Counted from the first letter of the stretch, positions 30,870-41,732 are shown. The stretch is DNA of 64,000 nucleotides from an uncultured Butyrivibrio sp. (GCA_946536145.1 CAMNEA010000005.1:16998-80997), one strand, 5' to 3'. Numbers and translations are program-made. The notes: generated by a model not told the origin, from the sequence alone.

Positions 30870-33800
30870 ATGAGAAAAAATAAGAGTAATTTTGTTAAAG
30901 CATTAGATAAAGCAATATGGACAATAACAGACATGAAGAAGTACTCAGAGATACTGTTCATGTTTGTTTTTTGTGTCTATGGATATGTGGAGATAGCATC
31001 TATATCCAATCTTAGCCTGCCGCTTACGTCTTTTTTTAAGGGCTTTTTCCCTGTAATTATCCCTGTTGCAGCAATCCTTCAGCTCATAACTCACGCTGAG
31101 AGCAAGGATAAGTTTGTACTTGGAAGCATATTTATGGCAGCACTCTGGATCCTGGCTTCACTCTGTGGATATGAGAGCCTTAGATACCTTGGTATGTTCG
31201 CCGCTGGGAGCATCGGAGTTGATCATAGGAAGGCACTTAAATCCCTTAGCTTTATAAGCCTGGGGATTATACTGGTATCTTTTGTCTATGCCTTTGCTAT
31301 AGATCCGTCGTTAAATGTTGTATACGTAAGTAAAATAAGGATTCGATCGACAGCCGGATTTATATATCCGACCAACATAGCAAGTCTGTTGCTCTATGCC
31401 TGTCTGATGCTGTTTGTCGTTGGAGAGAGCATTCCGATTTACTTCACTGTTGCTGCGACAGTGGCTGCTATGTTGTTGTCCGGATTCTACTACAGTTCCA
31501 ATACATCTACTATATGTTCAGCACTGCTTCTGGTATTTATGGTATATGCGATGCTTGCTGAGCGCGCATCCGGAAGGGCTGTATTTAAGTGGATTGACAG
31601 GCTGCTGAATATCATATCGGTTGCAGCGGTTCCTATTCTTGCTGCGGCAATTTTCTTTTTTAGTATGATGTATGGTTCAGGGTACTCCTGGGCTGTCAAG
31701 CTCAATGACTTGATACATAATAGATTTGAGTATACCTATCAGGGTATCACATCTCTTGGAATCAGGCTTATTGGTCAGTATGTTCCGATGATTGGAAGTT
31801 CCCAGCCCGGTATGGCCAAGTCTGATGAATACAACTTCCTTGACAATTCGTACATACAGTTAGCTGTCTGTTTTGGCATGATTGCAAGTCTTGTATTGGC
31901 GGCAATATGGTTTTACATACTTTTCAGGGCTATCAGAGGTGGCAACAGGCGAATCGTTCTTGTTGCTATCATAATTGCGATACACTCCTTTGAGGAGCAT
32001 CATTTTATTGATATCGGATACAATTCCCTTATGTTTTTGCCACTGGCAGGATTTGTGGATGAATATAGTCCGATCCTTAATTACAGAAAGCTGTCCGGTA
32101 AGGCTGTGACGGTATGCGGTGCCTTGATTGCAGCGGCGTTGGTAGTTTTGCTCACGGCTCCCTTCCTGTTTTCTGCAACCAGGGCTATGGTGTACCGCAG
32201 AAATAATGATGATATGGATATTTCTGCAAGGATTGAAGCTGACAGGGATGCGGTTGAGATTGTTATGGCATCCCATGAAGAACCTGTCTATGCAGATGTG
32301 CTGACGGCAGATTATGCCGGCGAATTTAAAGGAATAAAGAGATCCATATTCTCCGGAGAAGATTTGGTTAGAAAGCTTGACTGCACCATAATAACTGATC
32401 CGGAATATTCTGTTGCATATTTTGCAAGGGGGTTCCTGTACTCCAGGATCTCTGACTACTCTGCTGTTTATACTACAGACAGAGCGGTTGCTGATGCGCT
32501 AAGTGAAGCCGGGTATCACGTCGCGGGGTACTACTATGCTGATACTCAGATCAACCTGGCTGAATGCCATAAGTCGGTGTCATATCCGGCATTTGGAACG
32601 CGGGGTGAGCTTACTGGGACGATTACTCTGGTGGGTGATGCACCTGCAAAAGGGAAGATCTGCAGTCTTCAGGTGACTTCATCCGAGGGTACGGATGCGG
32701 TGTTTGATTATGATGCAGATGACTTTAAGAAGGACGGAGTGCTCTCCTATGATGTTAAGTTTGATACCTCTCACGGCGACGTGACCTTTATTGTTAAGGG
32801 ATATAACGGGGCGAGGTTAGGAGTATCGGATGCACTGTTTTCATGCGACGACATCATTGACGACAGAAGAATATCTTTCGATACTATTGAGTATTCTTCG
32901 GAGCAGTATGCCCTTTATAAGGGCAGATATGAGCTCAAGATATTCCTTGAGGCAGCCGGAGAGATAAGTGATGAGACATCGAGCTTTGGCACTTTGACAA
33001 TAAATCCTGTTACAGGGAAAAAGATTACAAGGGATCTGACTATAACAAATGTATCAGATAATGGCGAATACACCTTTGACTATAAATTTTCTTCAAGCGG
33101 TTCGAACTATACTTTTTCTATTAAAAAGGATAAGAGCGTAAGTCTTAATGCCTTGTCAGCCTACTACGTGGTAAAACCCGACTATGACTATCACTATACG
33201 TACAATAGGAAGGGGCTACTCTCAAGAGTTGAATACTATGATCTCGATGGTAACAAGACATATTCTGACGAGGGTGTATTCGCATACGAGTATGAGTATG
33301 ACAGGGATGGAAACAGGACTGTTACGAGATTCTATGATCAGAACGGCGAGCCGATGAACTGCGAGCAGGGCTATGCAGAGGTCAGAAGAGAATACGATAG
33401 GCTTGATAACGTAGTTGCTGAGAGATACTTTGATGTAAACGGTGATCCGGCACTTTGCGCCGACGGATATGCGTCCTACGAGCAGGAGGTAAACGTATGG
33501 GGAAGCCCTACTGTCATAAAATACTGTGGTGTAGATGGTAATCCTGTTAAGACTTCCTTGGGATACGCTGAAATCCATCTGGAATATGACGAAAAGGGCA
33601 ATGAGATTACAGAGCACTACTACGATGTAAATGGCTCAAGATGCACTTTGCCGGAAGGCTACTCCGGATGCAGATTTGAGTATGACGATGCAGGCAATAA
33701 GACACTTATAGTATATATTGATGATGAAGAGCATCCTGTAAATATTGGTGCCGGCTACGCTGAGATCCACAGTGTCTATGATGAGAACGGACGTGTAACG

Positions 33801-34520
33801 GTTCAGTATTATGCAGATGCGCAGGGCAATACTGTTACCCTTGAAGATGACTATGACAACGAATATGCCAGCGTGACCAGGGAGTATGACAAGTTTGGCA
33901 ACAATATAGCTACGAGGTACTTCAGCGAGGATACAAGTGAGGGTTATATTGAGATAAGACAGGAGTTTGACTCCAAGAAGAGACTGATATATAGGGGCAA
34001 GTTCAACAGTGACGGAGAAGGCTTGATACTGAAGGATGACTACTGTGCTTTCAGCAGGGAGTATGATGAAAATGGCAATGTCAGTGTTATAACCTATTAT
34101 GGTTCTGATGGAGAACCAATGCTTCGTGATGGCGAGTGGTCATCTGTTCATAGGGAGTATGACAGCGAGAAAAGGGTGATATCTGAGGCTTATTATGGAA
34201 CAGATGGAGAGAAGGTACTAAAGTCTTCCGGGTATCATGCTAGAGGTTATGAATACGATGATAACAATAACCGCAATGTCATACGATATTATGGCCTTGA
34301 TAATGAACCTGTAATTCTTAAAACATACAGGTATTTTGAAGTTAGGAAAACATTTGATTCTTCTAAGAATGTCGTGCGCATGGAGTATTATGGGCTTGAA
34401 GGTGAGCCTGTACTCTATAAGAAGAAATATGCAGCTGTGGAGAATGACTACAATGACAGCGGCAAAGTTACCCAGACCAGATATTACGACCTCGAAGGCA
34501 ACCTGATTGAGACAAAATGA
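30870..34520 (+). CDS. Wzy-like membrane domain fused to a large extracellular region ending in 14 YD/RHS-like repeats
   Basis: N-terminal RSTAGFIYPTN, SSNTS, FLDNSY. C-terminal repeats EYDxxGNxxxxxYYDxxGxP...GY. Confidence 0.75.
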   Translation: MRKNKSNFVKALDKAIWTITDMKKYSEILFMFVFCVYGYVEIASISNLSLPLTSFFKGFFPVIIPVAAILQLITHAESKDKFVLGSIFMAALWILASLCGYESLRYLGMFAAGSIGVDHRKALKSLSFISLGIILVSFVYAFAIDPSLNVVYVSKIRIRSTAGFIYPTNIASLLLYACLMLFVVGESIPIYFTVAATVAAMLLSGFYYSSNTSTICSALLLVFMVYAMLAERASGRAVFKWIDRLLNIISVAAVPILAAAIFFFSMMYGSGYSWAVKLNDLIHNRFEYTYQGITSLGIRLIGQYVPMIGSSQPGMAKSDEYNFLDNSYIQLAVCFGMIASLVLAAIWFYILFRAIRGGNRRIVLVAIIIAIHSFEEHHFIDIGYNSLMFLPLAGFVDEYSPILNYRKLSGKAVTVCGALIAAALVVLLTAPFLFSATRAMVYRRNNDDMDISARIEADRDAVEIVMASHEEPVYADVLTADYAGEFKGIKRSIFSGEDLVRKLDCTIITDPEYSVAYFARGFLYSRISDYSAVYTTDRAVADALSEAGYHVAGYYYADTQINLAECHKSVSYPAFGTRGELTGTITLVGDAPAKGKICSLQVTSSEGTDAVFDYDADDFKKDGVLSYDVKFDTSHGDVTFIVKGYNGARLGVSDALFSCDDIIDDRRISFDTIEYSSEQYALYKGRYELKIFLEAAGEISDETSSFGTLTINPVTGKKITRDLTITNVSDNGEYTFDYKFSSSGSNYTFSIKKDKSVSLNALSAYYVVKPDYDYHYTYNRKGLLSRVEYYDLDGNKTYSDEGVFAYEYEYDRDGNRTVTRFYDQNGEPMNCEQGYAEVRREYDRLDNVVAERYFDVNGDPALCADGYASYEQEVNVWGSPTVIKYCGVDGNPVKTSLGYAEIHLEYDEKGNEITEHYYDVNGSRCTLPEGYSGCRFEYDDAGNKTLIVYIDDEEHPVNIGAGYAEIHSVYDENGRVTVQYYADAQGNTVTLEDDYDNEYASVTREYDKFGNNIATRYFSEDTSEGYIEIRQEFDSKKRLIYRGKFNSDGEGLILKDDYCAFSREYDENGNVSVITYYGSDGEPMLRDGEWSSVHREYDSEKRVISEAYYGTDGEKVLKSSGYHARGYEYDDNNNRNVIRYYGLDNEPVILKTYRYFEVRKTFDSSKNVVRMEYYGLEGEPVLYKKKYAAVENDYNDSGKVTQTRYYDLEGNLIETK

Positions 34521-34542
34521 GCTTGGCGGGAGTTTGGAATTG

Positions 34543-35469
34543 ATGAAAATCTGTGCAGTTATAGTGACCTATAACCGTCTTGATAAACTAAAGAACAGCC
34601 TCAGATGCTTCTCAGATCAGCTAAGAAAGGCAGACGAGGTCATAGTTGTGGACAATGCGTCAACCGATGGAACCTCGGACTGGCTTTCCGGCTGGAAGGA
34701 AGTTGCTGAACCTTTTAAAAAGACTGTCATTAACACCGGGAGTAACCTCGGCGGCAGCGGCGGGTTCTACACGGGGCTTAAGTACGCCTCAGAGTCTGAC
34801 TGCGACTGGGTGTGGGTTTCGGATGACGATGCCTATCCAAGGAATGATGCGCTCCTCGTTGCTGAGAAGTTCCTGGCATCACGCGAGGGCGAGAATATCT
34901 CTGCAATATGCTCAGTGGTAAATGAAGAAGGAGAGATATCCTTAAACCACAGGAAGAATTACTACTCAAGGCGCGGCAGGATAGTGACTGAGCTGATACC
35001 GCTTGGCGCTTATAAAAGAGAGTTCTTTCCGCTGAATGCTTTTTCCTATGTGGGCACTATCATAAGCATCCCAAAGCTTAGGGAAGTCGGGCTGACCAAA
35101 AAGGAGTATTTTATCTGGCATGATGATGCGGAGCACAGCCTGAGGCTCTCTGAAAAAGGACACATCTACTGTGTGACCGGTATGGTGGTCGACCACGACT
35201 GTGTCAGTGTCTCTACGACGCTCTCCTGGAAGGAATACTATGGAAACAGAAACGTCCTTGATATGTACAAAAACCATTTCGGTGCCTTCGAATACAGGAG
35301 ATTTGCTTTAAGGTGCATTGTGAAATCCTGCTATCTGTGGATTTTTGCAAAGAACAAGGAGTATGCAAGGGTCTTTTCAAGGGCGGTCAGAGATGGAATA
35401 AAAGGAATCCTGGGGCTTGATGAGACATACAGGCCGGGATGGAAACCAAGAGATGACAGGATGTACTGA
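34543..35469 (+). CDS. GT2 glycosyltransferase, galactofuranosyltransferase-like
   Basis: IVTYNR, VDNASTDGT, NLGGSGGF, WVWVSDDD, FIWHDDAE. Confidence 0.85.
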   Translation: MKICAVIVTYNRLDKLKNSLRCFSDQLRKADEVIVVDNASTDGTSDWLSGWKEVAEPFKKTVINTGSNLGGSGGFYTGLKYASESDCDWVWVSDDDAYPRNDALLVAEKFLASREGENISAICSVVNEEGEISLNHRKNYYSRRGRIVTELIPLGAYKREFFPLNAFSYVGTIISIPKLREVGLTKKEYFIWHDDAEHSLRLSEKGHIYCVTGMVVDHDCVSVSTTLSWKEYYGNRNVLDMYKNHFGAFEYRRFALRCIVKSCYLWIFAKNKEYARVFSRAVRDGIKGILGLDETYRPGWKPRDDRMY

Positions 35470-35496
35470 TGAGTAAATTTGAAATGGGGTTATGAA

Positions 35497-36420
35497 ATGG
35501 AAAACAGCCCGGTTATGGTAAGTGTAATATGCCTGGCATATAATCATGAGGAATTTATATCCGAAACGCTTGATGGATTTGCAAAACAGGTCACTGATTT
35601 TCCGGTAGAGTTTATTATCCATGATGACTGTTCCAAAGACGGAACACGAAGGATCATAGACCGGTATGTAAGCGATTATCCGGGTAGATTTATTCCCTTT
35701 TATGAGACGAGCAATCAGTATTCCCAAAATGTTAATCTGTTCAAACTGATCGCAGAAAGAGCAAGAGGCAAATATATTGCGATCTGTGAGGGGGATGACT
35801 ACTGGTGCGATGAACACAAGCTGCAGACCCAAGCGGACTATATGGAAGGACACCCCGAGTGCTCTTTATATATGCACAACGGTTATAGCTATGACAATGC
35901 GACCGGTTTAAGACATCCGATAAATCCCTATGATAAGACAGGGTACCTTACAGAGCGGGAACTTTTGATCGAAAAAATACTTCCTCCGACAGCGTCGATG
36001 ATGTGTAAAAGACAGGATCTTATCTCGGAGCCGGAGGAGATATTCGGGGATACTGTGGGCGTCCTGGACAGACCGCTTAGGATGCACCTGTGCATGCTTG
36101 GGAAGGCTTACTATTCCGATAAGATCATGTGCGTGTATCGGACTAACACCGCCGTTTCATTCAGCAGCAGTTCAGACAACAAAAAGGGGGCAGTGAGAGT
36201 GCTTGAGGGCATGCTGCCTGTTTACAGAAGGTTTGACGCTTATACGGATAATAAATACCACCGTGAAGTTAAGATGATGATCTCACGGGAATATTTTCTG
36301 TGTTACCTGCGAAGCGGCGAATACCATAAGTGCTTTTGCAACAGATTCTTTTACAGATATATACCGCTCAGACAGAAACTGGGGATAATAAAAAGGGCGT
36401 TTTTAAATGGGAACACGTAA
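35497..36420 (+). CDS. GT2 glycosyltransferase
   Basis: CLAYNHE, HDDCSKDGT, ICEGDDYW..KLQ.Q. Confidence 0.9.
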   Translation: MENSPVMVSVICLAYNHEEFISETLDGFAKQVTDFPVEFIIHDDCSKDGTRRIIDRYVSDYPGRFIPFYETSNQYSQNVNLFKLIAERARGKYIAICEGDDYWCDEHKLQTQADYMEGHPECSLYMHNGYSYDNATGLRHPINPYDKTGYLTERELLIEKILPPTASMMCKRQDLISEPEEIFGDTVGVLDRPLRMHLCMLGKAYYSDKIMCVYRTNTAVSFSSSSDNKKGAVRVLEGMLPVYRRFDAYTDNKYHREVKMMISREYFLCYLRSGEYHKCFCNRFFYRYIPLRQKLGIIKRAFLNGNT

Positions 36421-37858
36421 AAAGGTGGTTTCCGGACTTTTGTGGAAGTTTGGAGAGAGGATCACCGCGCAAATAATATCGCTGGTCGTATCAATAATAC
36501 TTGCAAGGCTGCTGTCTCCCGATGAGTATGGCGCAGTTGCGCTTATTATGGTGTTTATCACCATTGCCAATGTCTTTGTGGCAAACGGATTCGGATCGGC
36601 ACTTATACAGAAAAAAGACGCAGACAATTTGGATTTTTCCTCAGTCTTTTTTATTAATCTGGGGATCTCGGTTGTTTTGTATTTTATTATATTTTTCGCG
36701 GCACCTTTTATTGCAGATTACTATGAATTGCCGATACTGGCACCGGGACTTAGGGTGATCGGAGTCAGGATCATCGTCGCCGCGATCAATACAGTTCAGC
36801 AGGCCTATGTTTCCAGGCACATGCTGTTTAAGAGGTTCTTCTGGTCTACGCTCTTTGGCACTCTCATATCAGGAGTAGTCGGTATCGCTATGGCTTATAA
36901 GGGCTATGGAGTCTGGGCCCTGATAGCGCAGTATCTTACCAATACCTGTACGGACACACTGGTACTATGGTTCACGGTCAGATGGAGGCCGCAGCTGAAG
37001 GTTTCTTTTACGAGGGCCAAAGACCTCATCTCGTACGGATGGAAGCTCCTGGTCTCGGCGCTCCTAGACACAGGATATAACCAGGTGCGCAGCCTGATCA
37101 TCGGGAAAATGTACACAAAAGAAGATCTTGCCTTTTACAATCAGGGTGATAAATATCCCGGACTGATCGTTACAAATATAAACACCTCGATAAGCAGTGT
37201 TTTATTTCCTGCACTTTCAGAAAACCAGAGCGATAAAGAAAAGGTCAGGAATATGACAAGAAGGGCGATCCAGGTTGGCTCATTTCTTATGTGGCCGATG
37301 ATGGTGGGACTTGGCGTTGCTGCCGGGCCGCTGATCAGACTGCTGCTCACGGAAAAATGGCTTCCCTGTGTTCCGTACCTTCAGATCTTCTGCTTCACCT
37401 ATGGTCTGTGGCCTATCCATACTGCGAACCTGCAGGCTATAAACGCTATGGGCAGGAGCGATCTTTTTCTGAAGCTTGAGGTTGTAAAAAAACTGATAGG
37501 AATTGTGACTCTGCTGGCTGCGCTTTGGTATGGGCCGCTGGCTATTGCCTGGAGCCTTGTGGTTTCGGGAATAATAAGTACGTTTATAAATGCGTATCCG
37601 AATATAAAGCTGCTGAATTACACATACCGGGAACAGATGCAAGATATTCTTCCGGCTTTTCTAATCGCAGTGATCATGGGGGCGGTTATTTATCCCATAT
37701 CCGTGATCGGATTTGGCGACGCGGTTACTGTTATCCTGCAGGTTGTGGCGGGGGCAATAGTATATTTTGTCCTATCTGTTGTAACCCGGCAGGAAGCGTT
37801 CAGATATTTAATGACAATAATCCTTAAAAGGAATCGAGGAGCAAAAGATAATGGATAA
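36407..37858 (+). CDS. wzx: Wzx flippase (WzxC-like)
   Basis: LARLLSPDEYG, ALIQKK, WRP, LFPALS, KWLPCVP. Confidence 0.9.
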   Translation: MGTRKKVVSGLLWKFGERITAQIISLVVSIILARLLSPDEYGAVALIMVFITIANVFVANGFGSALIQKKDADNLDFSSVFFINLGISVVLYFIIFFAAPFIADYYELPILAPGLRVIGVRIIVAAINTVQQAYVSRHMLFKRFFWSTLFGTLISGVVGIAMAYKGYGVWALIAQYLTNTCTDTLVLWFTVRWRPQLKVSFTRAKDLISYGWKLLVSALLDTGYNQVRSLIIGKMYTKEDLAFYNQGDKYPGLIVTNINTSISSVLFPALSENQSDKEKVRNMTRRAIQVGSFLMWPMMVGLGVAAGPLIRLLLTEKWLPCVPYLQIFCFTYGLWPIHTANLQAINAMGRSDLFLKLEVVKKLIGIVTLLAALWYGPLAIAWSLVVSGIISTFINAYPNIKLLNYTYREQMQDILPAFLIAVIMGAVIYPISVIGFGDAVTVILQVVAGAIVYFVLSVVTRQEAFRYLMTIILKRNRGAKDNG

Positions 37859-38957
37859 AATACTTGTGACCAGATCTTCAATGCCGGATTATGACGAGTA
37901 TTGCAGAGAGATAAAAAAGCTCTGGGACAGTCACTGGCTGACCAATATGGGTGAAGAGCACATTCAGCTTCAGAAGGACCTGGAGAACTTCCTGGACTGC
38001 CCTCACGTTGTCCTCTACACTAACGGACATCTTGCTCTCGAGTGCGTGATAGCGGCGATGCAGCTGCCAAAGCATGCCGAGGTTATCACGACGCCCTTCA
38101 CATTTGCATCAACAACACATGCTATTGTAAGGAACGGATTGACTCCGGTTTTCTGTGATATAAACCCGGATGACTATACGATTGATGTTGATAAGATCGA
38201 GTCCCTGATCACTGAAAAAACAGTTGCAATTGTTCCTGTTCACGTGTACGGCAATATGTGCGATGTGGAAGCAATAGGCAGCCTGGCTAAGAAATATGAC
38301 CTGAAAGTCATATACGATGCGGCTCATGCTTTTGCTGTAAGGTATAAAGGCATTTCTTCCGCGAATTTTGGCGATGCCTCCATGTTCTCTTTCCATGCCA
38401 CCAAGGTCTTTAATACGATCGAGGGCGGCGCGGTCTGCTTTCAGAATGATGAGCTTGTCCAGATAATGAATGATATGAAGAACTTTGGCATAAGGAATGA
38501 AGACAGCGTAATGTATGTTGGCGGCAATGCCAAAATGAATGAGTTTCAGGCAGCGATGGGGATATGTAATCTCCGTCATTTGAAAGATGAGATCGCCAAG
38601 AGGAAGATAATAGTTGAGAGATACAGAGAGAACCTGGATGGGATAAAGGGTATAAAACTCTCTAAAATACAAGAGGACGTGGAGTCCAATTATGCATATT
38701 TTCCTGTGGTGTTTGACGGATTTACCGATAACCGTAACAGGATACTCTCAGATCTGGCAAAAGAAAACATCGTGGCCAGAAGGTATTTTTATCCGATAAC
38801 AAACAGTTTTGAGTGCTATAAATATCTGCCCACCGCAGGAAGGGAAAAAACTCCGGTAGCTGCTTTTTGCGCTGACAGAGTTCTTACCCTGCCTCTGTAT
38901 GCTGACTTGTCTATAGAGGATGTTGACAGGATTTGTGGCATTATCGTAAACAGATAG
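37851..38957 (+). CDS. vioA: DegT/DnrJ/EryC1/StrS aminotransferase, VioA-like (dTDP-4-amino-4,6-dideoxy-glucose transaminase)
   Basis: WLTNMG, TTPFTFAST, YDAAHAF, SFHATKVFNTIEGGA, NAKMNE, RRYFYP; next to a VioB-like gene. Confidence 0.75.
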   Translation: MDKILVTRSSMPDYDEYCREIKKLWDSHWLTNMGEEHIQLQKDLENFLDCPHVVLYTNGHLALECVIAAMQLPKHAEVITTPFTFASTTHAIVRNGLTPVFCDINPDDYTIDVDKIESLITEKTVAIVPVHVYGNMCDVEAIGSLAKKYDLKVIYDAAHAFAVRYKGISSANFGDASMFSFHATKVFNTIEGGAVCFQNDELVQIMNDMKNFGIRNEDSVMYVGGNAKMNEFQAAMGICNLRHLKDEIAKRKIIVERYRENLDGIKGIKLSKIQEDVESNYAYFPVVFDGFTDNRNRILSDLAKENIVARRYFYPITNSFECYKYLPTAGREKTPVAAFCADRVLTLPLYADLSIEDVDRICGIIVNR

Positions 38958-38967
38958 GAGGCTTAGT

Positions 38968-39561
38968 ATGACGAGCTTTTATGAGCCGGGGGAACTACTT
39001 GCGATCGGATTTAAGAAGATTGGTGAAAATGTCTGTATCAGCAGAAAGGCGAGCATATATGCCCCGGAAAAAATGGTTATAGGAAATAATGTGCGGGTTG
39101 ATGACTTCTGCATATTAAGTGGAAGAATAGAGCTTTGCAATAATATACATATCGCTGCCTATTCGGCGCTGTATGGCGGAGAGGAAGGGATATTCGTTGA
39201 GGACTTCGCCAATATGTCATCAAGGGTAAGCATATACAGCATTTCAGATGATTATTCGGGCGCGAGTATGACCAATCCGACAGTTCCCGAGCAGTACAAG
39301 CATGTGATAAGCAGGCCTGTTTATATACGTCGCCATGTAATAATCGGATCCACAAGCGTAGTGCTTCCGGGCGTGGATGTCAAAGAGGGCAGCGCATTTG
39401 GCGCAATGACTCTGATAAACAGAGACCCTGAGCCATGGACGATAAATGTGGGAATTCCCTTCAGGAAAATAAAAGACCGGCAAAAGGGACTGCTCGAGAT
39501 GGAGAACAGATTTGTCCAGGACAATCAGATCAGAGACAGTCAAAACGGTGATAGGAAATAA
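38968..39561 (+). CDS. vioB: Hexapeptide-repeat acyltransferase, VioB-like
   Basis: GFKKIGENVCISRKASIY, IGNNVRVDDFCILSG, SDDYSG.SMTNPTVP. Confidence 0.75.
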   Translation: MTSFYEPGELLAIGFKKIGENVCISRKASIYAPEKMVIGNNVRVDDFCILSGRIELCNNIHIAAYSALYGGEEGIFVEDFANMSSRVSIYSISDDYSGASMTNPTVPEQYKHVISRPVYIRRHVIIGSTSVVLPGVDVKEGSAFGAMTLINRDPEPWTINVGIPFRKIKDRQKGLLEMENRFVQDNQIRDSQNGDRK

Positions 39562-39599
39562 AAACACTTGATTTGAAATGCATATTGAAGGAAGTGACT

Positions 39600-40481
39600 A
39601 TGAAGACCGGAACAGGACTTGTTGTTCTGAACTACAATGATTCGGAAACAGTTACAAAGTTCATAAGTAAGATCAGGGATTACAGCAGTATCGACAGGAT
39701 CGTCATAGTTGACAACTGCTCTACAGACGGATCCTTTGAAAGGCTGAAACTACTGACTGATGAGAAAACAGACGTTATAAAAACAAAGAAAAACAGGGGC
39801 TATGCATCGGGCAACAACGAGGGAGTGCAATTCCTTGCTGATAACTATGACCCTGAATTCATTGTTATCTCCAATCCGGATGTCTTTTTCACCGAGCAGG
39901 CGCTTTCCGCTATGATAGAACTGCTACAGACCACTCCTGATGCGGGCCTTGTAACGTGCAGGATGAACTGTCTGTCATCCATAAGACTTCCCGTAGCATG
40001 GAAGCTTCCACGCTACAGAGACTGCCTGCTGCAGGACTCTCTTATAATCAAGAAGCTCTTCGGTGACCGCACCGAGTACCGTGACAGCGAACTTACCGGC
40101 TCTGTCAGCAGGGCAGAAGTCCTACCCGGCTCCTTTTTTGCCTGCCGCCTTGACACCTTTAAGTCCGTGGGCGGATTTGACAGCAGAACATTTTTGTATT
40201 ATGAAGAGAATATACTTGCGTACAGACTAAAAAAGGCAGGTAAGACTAATTACCTCCTTAATGATTACAGCTATGATCACTATCACTCTGTGAGCATAGA
40301 TAAGAATATAAGATCCGTTCAGAAAAGGCTTGAGATTGCTTTTGAGAGCAGAAAGTACTACTGCAGAAAATATCTTAAGGCAGGCAGACCAAAGCTCATT
40401 TTATTGGGTGTGTTCCATTATATCGGAGTGTTTAACTATAGTATTTATAATCTTTTGAAAGGATTGTTAGGCAATCTGTAG
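39600..40481 (+). CDS. GT2 glycosyltransferase
   Basis: VLNYN, VDNCSTD, NRGYASGNN, ISNPD, FLYYEE. Confidence 0.9.
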   Translation: MKTGTGLVVLNYNDSETVTKFISKIRDYSSIDRIVIVDNCSTDGSFERLKLLTDEKTDVIKTKKNRGYASGNNEGVQFLADNYDPEFIVISNPDVFFTEQALSAMIELLQTTPDAGLVTCRMNCLSSIRLPVAWKLPRYRDCLLQDSLIIKKLFGDRTEYRDSELTGSVSRAEVLPGSFFACRLDTFKSVGGFDSRTFLYYEENILAYRLKKAGKTNYLLNDYSYDHYHSVSIDKNIRSVQKRLEIAFESRKYYCRKYLKAGRPKLILLGVFHYIGVFNYSIYNLLKGLLGNL

Positions 40482-40511
40482 TATAATACAATAATATTAT
40501 TGAGGTGAAAT

Positions 40512-41708
40512 ATGGAAAAACTTGCGATTTTTGGCGGTGAGCCGGTCAGGAAGAACAGTATATTTTATGGAAGGCAGTGGATCGATGACAACGATGTTGA
40601 GACAGTTGCTGCTGCTCTGAAGGGAGACCTCATTACCTGCGGCCCCTATGTTGATGAACTTGAGAAAAAGCTGTGCGAAGTTACAGGTGCCAAATATGCC
40701 GTTGCGGTTTGTAACGGTACGGCAGCCCTTCACTGCGCTTCGATCGCGGCAGGCCTTCACGAGGGCGATGAAGTTATTACAACTCCCCTCACTTTTGCCG
40801 CTTCTGCCAACTGTGCCCGCTATGTCGGAGCTATGCCGGTGTTTGCGGATGTTGATCCCGATACCTATAACATAGATCCGGACAGCATAGAAAAGTGCAT
40901 TACGGATAAGACAAAGGCTGTCATAGCAGTTGATTTCACCGGCCAGGCCGTTGACCACGACCGCATAAGAGAGATCTGTGAGCGTCACAATCTTCTCTTT
41001 ATAATAGACGCAGCTCATGCCATAGGAACCAAGTATAAAGGCGTGCCGGAGGGATCTATGTCTGATATGACATGCTTTAGCTTCCACCCTGTTAAGACTA
41101 TTACCTCGGGGGAGGGCGGCGCCATTACAACCAATGATCCTGAGCTCTACAGGAAACTGCGCCTTGCCTCGCAGCACGGCATTGTCCGTGATCCTTCAAG
41201 GTATGTAGAGGAGCCTGAGGGACCGTGGGTATATGAGATGCAGCAGCTTGGCTTTAACTACAGACTGACTGATTTCCAGTCGGCTCTGCTTTTAAGCCAG
41301 CTTAAGAAGCTGCAGAAATTCTCTGACAGGAGAAAGGAGATCGTAAACAGATACAATGAGGCATTCTCTGATATTCCTGAGATAATTGTACAGAAGGAAA
41401 TACCTGAGTCAGATACAACAAGGCATCTTTACATAATTCAGCTGGATCTGGAGCGTCTCACCTGCACAAGGCGCGAGTTTTTTGACGCCATGGCGGCAGA
41501 GAATGTACACTGTCAGGTGCACTATGTCCCGGTGTACTTCTTCCCTTACTATCAAAGTCTTGGATTTAAGAAGGGATTGTGCCCTGTTGCGGAGAAGATA
41601 TATAAGGGCATCATGAGCATTCCGCTTTATCCTATGATGACCGATGAGGACGTGGAAGACGTTATTCATGCTGTGAAAAAGATAGTGGATTACTACAAAA
41701 AAGCCTGA
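40512..41708 (+). CDS. pseC: DegT family aminotransferase, PseC-like
   Basis: YGRQWID..D, NGTAALH, FAASANC, SFHPVKTITSGEGG, LGFNYRLTD, QVHYVPV. Confidence 0.7.
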   Translation: MEKLAIFGGEPVRKNSIFYGRQWIDDNDVETVAAALKGDLITCGPYVDELEKKLCEVTGAKYAVAVCNGTAALHCASIAAGLHEGDEVITTPLTFAASANCARYVGAMPVFADVDPDTYNIDPDSIEKCITDKTKAVIAVDFTGQAVDHDRIREICERHNLLFIIDAAHAIGTKYKGVPEGSMSDMTCFSFHPVKTITSGEGGAITTNDPELYRKLRLASQHGIVRDPSRYVEEPEGPWVYEMQQLGFNYRLTDFQSALLLSQLKKLQKFSDRRKEIVNRYNEAFSDIPEIIVQKEIPESDTTRHLYIIQLDLERLTCTRREFFDAMAAENVHCQVHYVPVYFFPYYQSLGFKKGLCPVAEKIYKGIMSIPLYPMMTDEDVEDVIHAVKKIVDYYKKA

Positions 41709-41732
41709 TCAAATATCACGGAGTTAATACGT

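Noticed and set aside
33195-34520. RHS polymorphic toxin
   Set aside because: There is no RHS core (PxxxxDPxG), toxin tip or immunity gene, and the N-terminus is a polytopic membrane domain.
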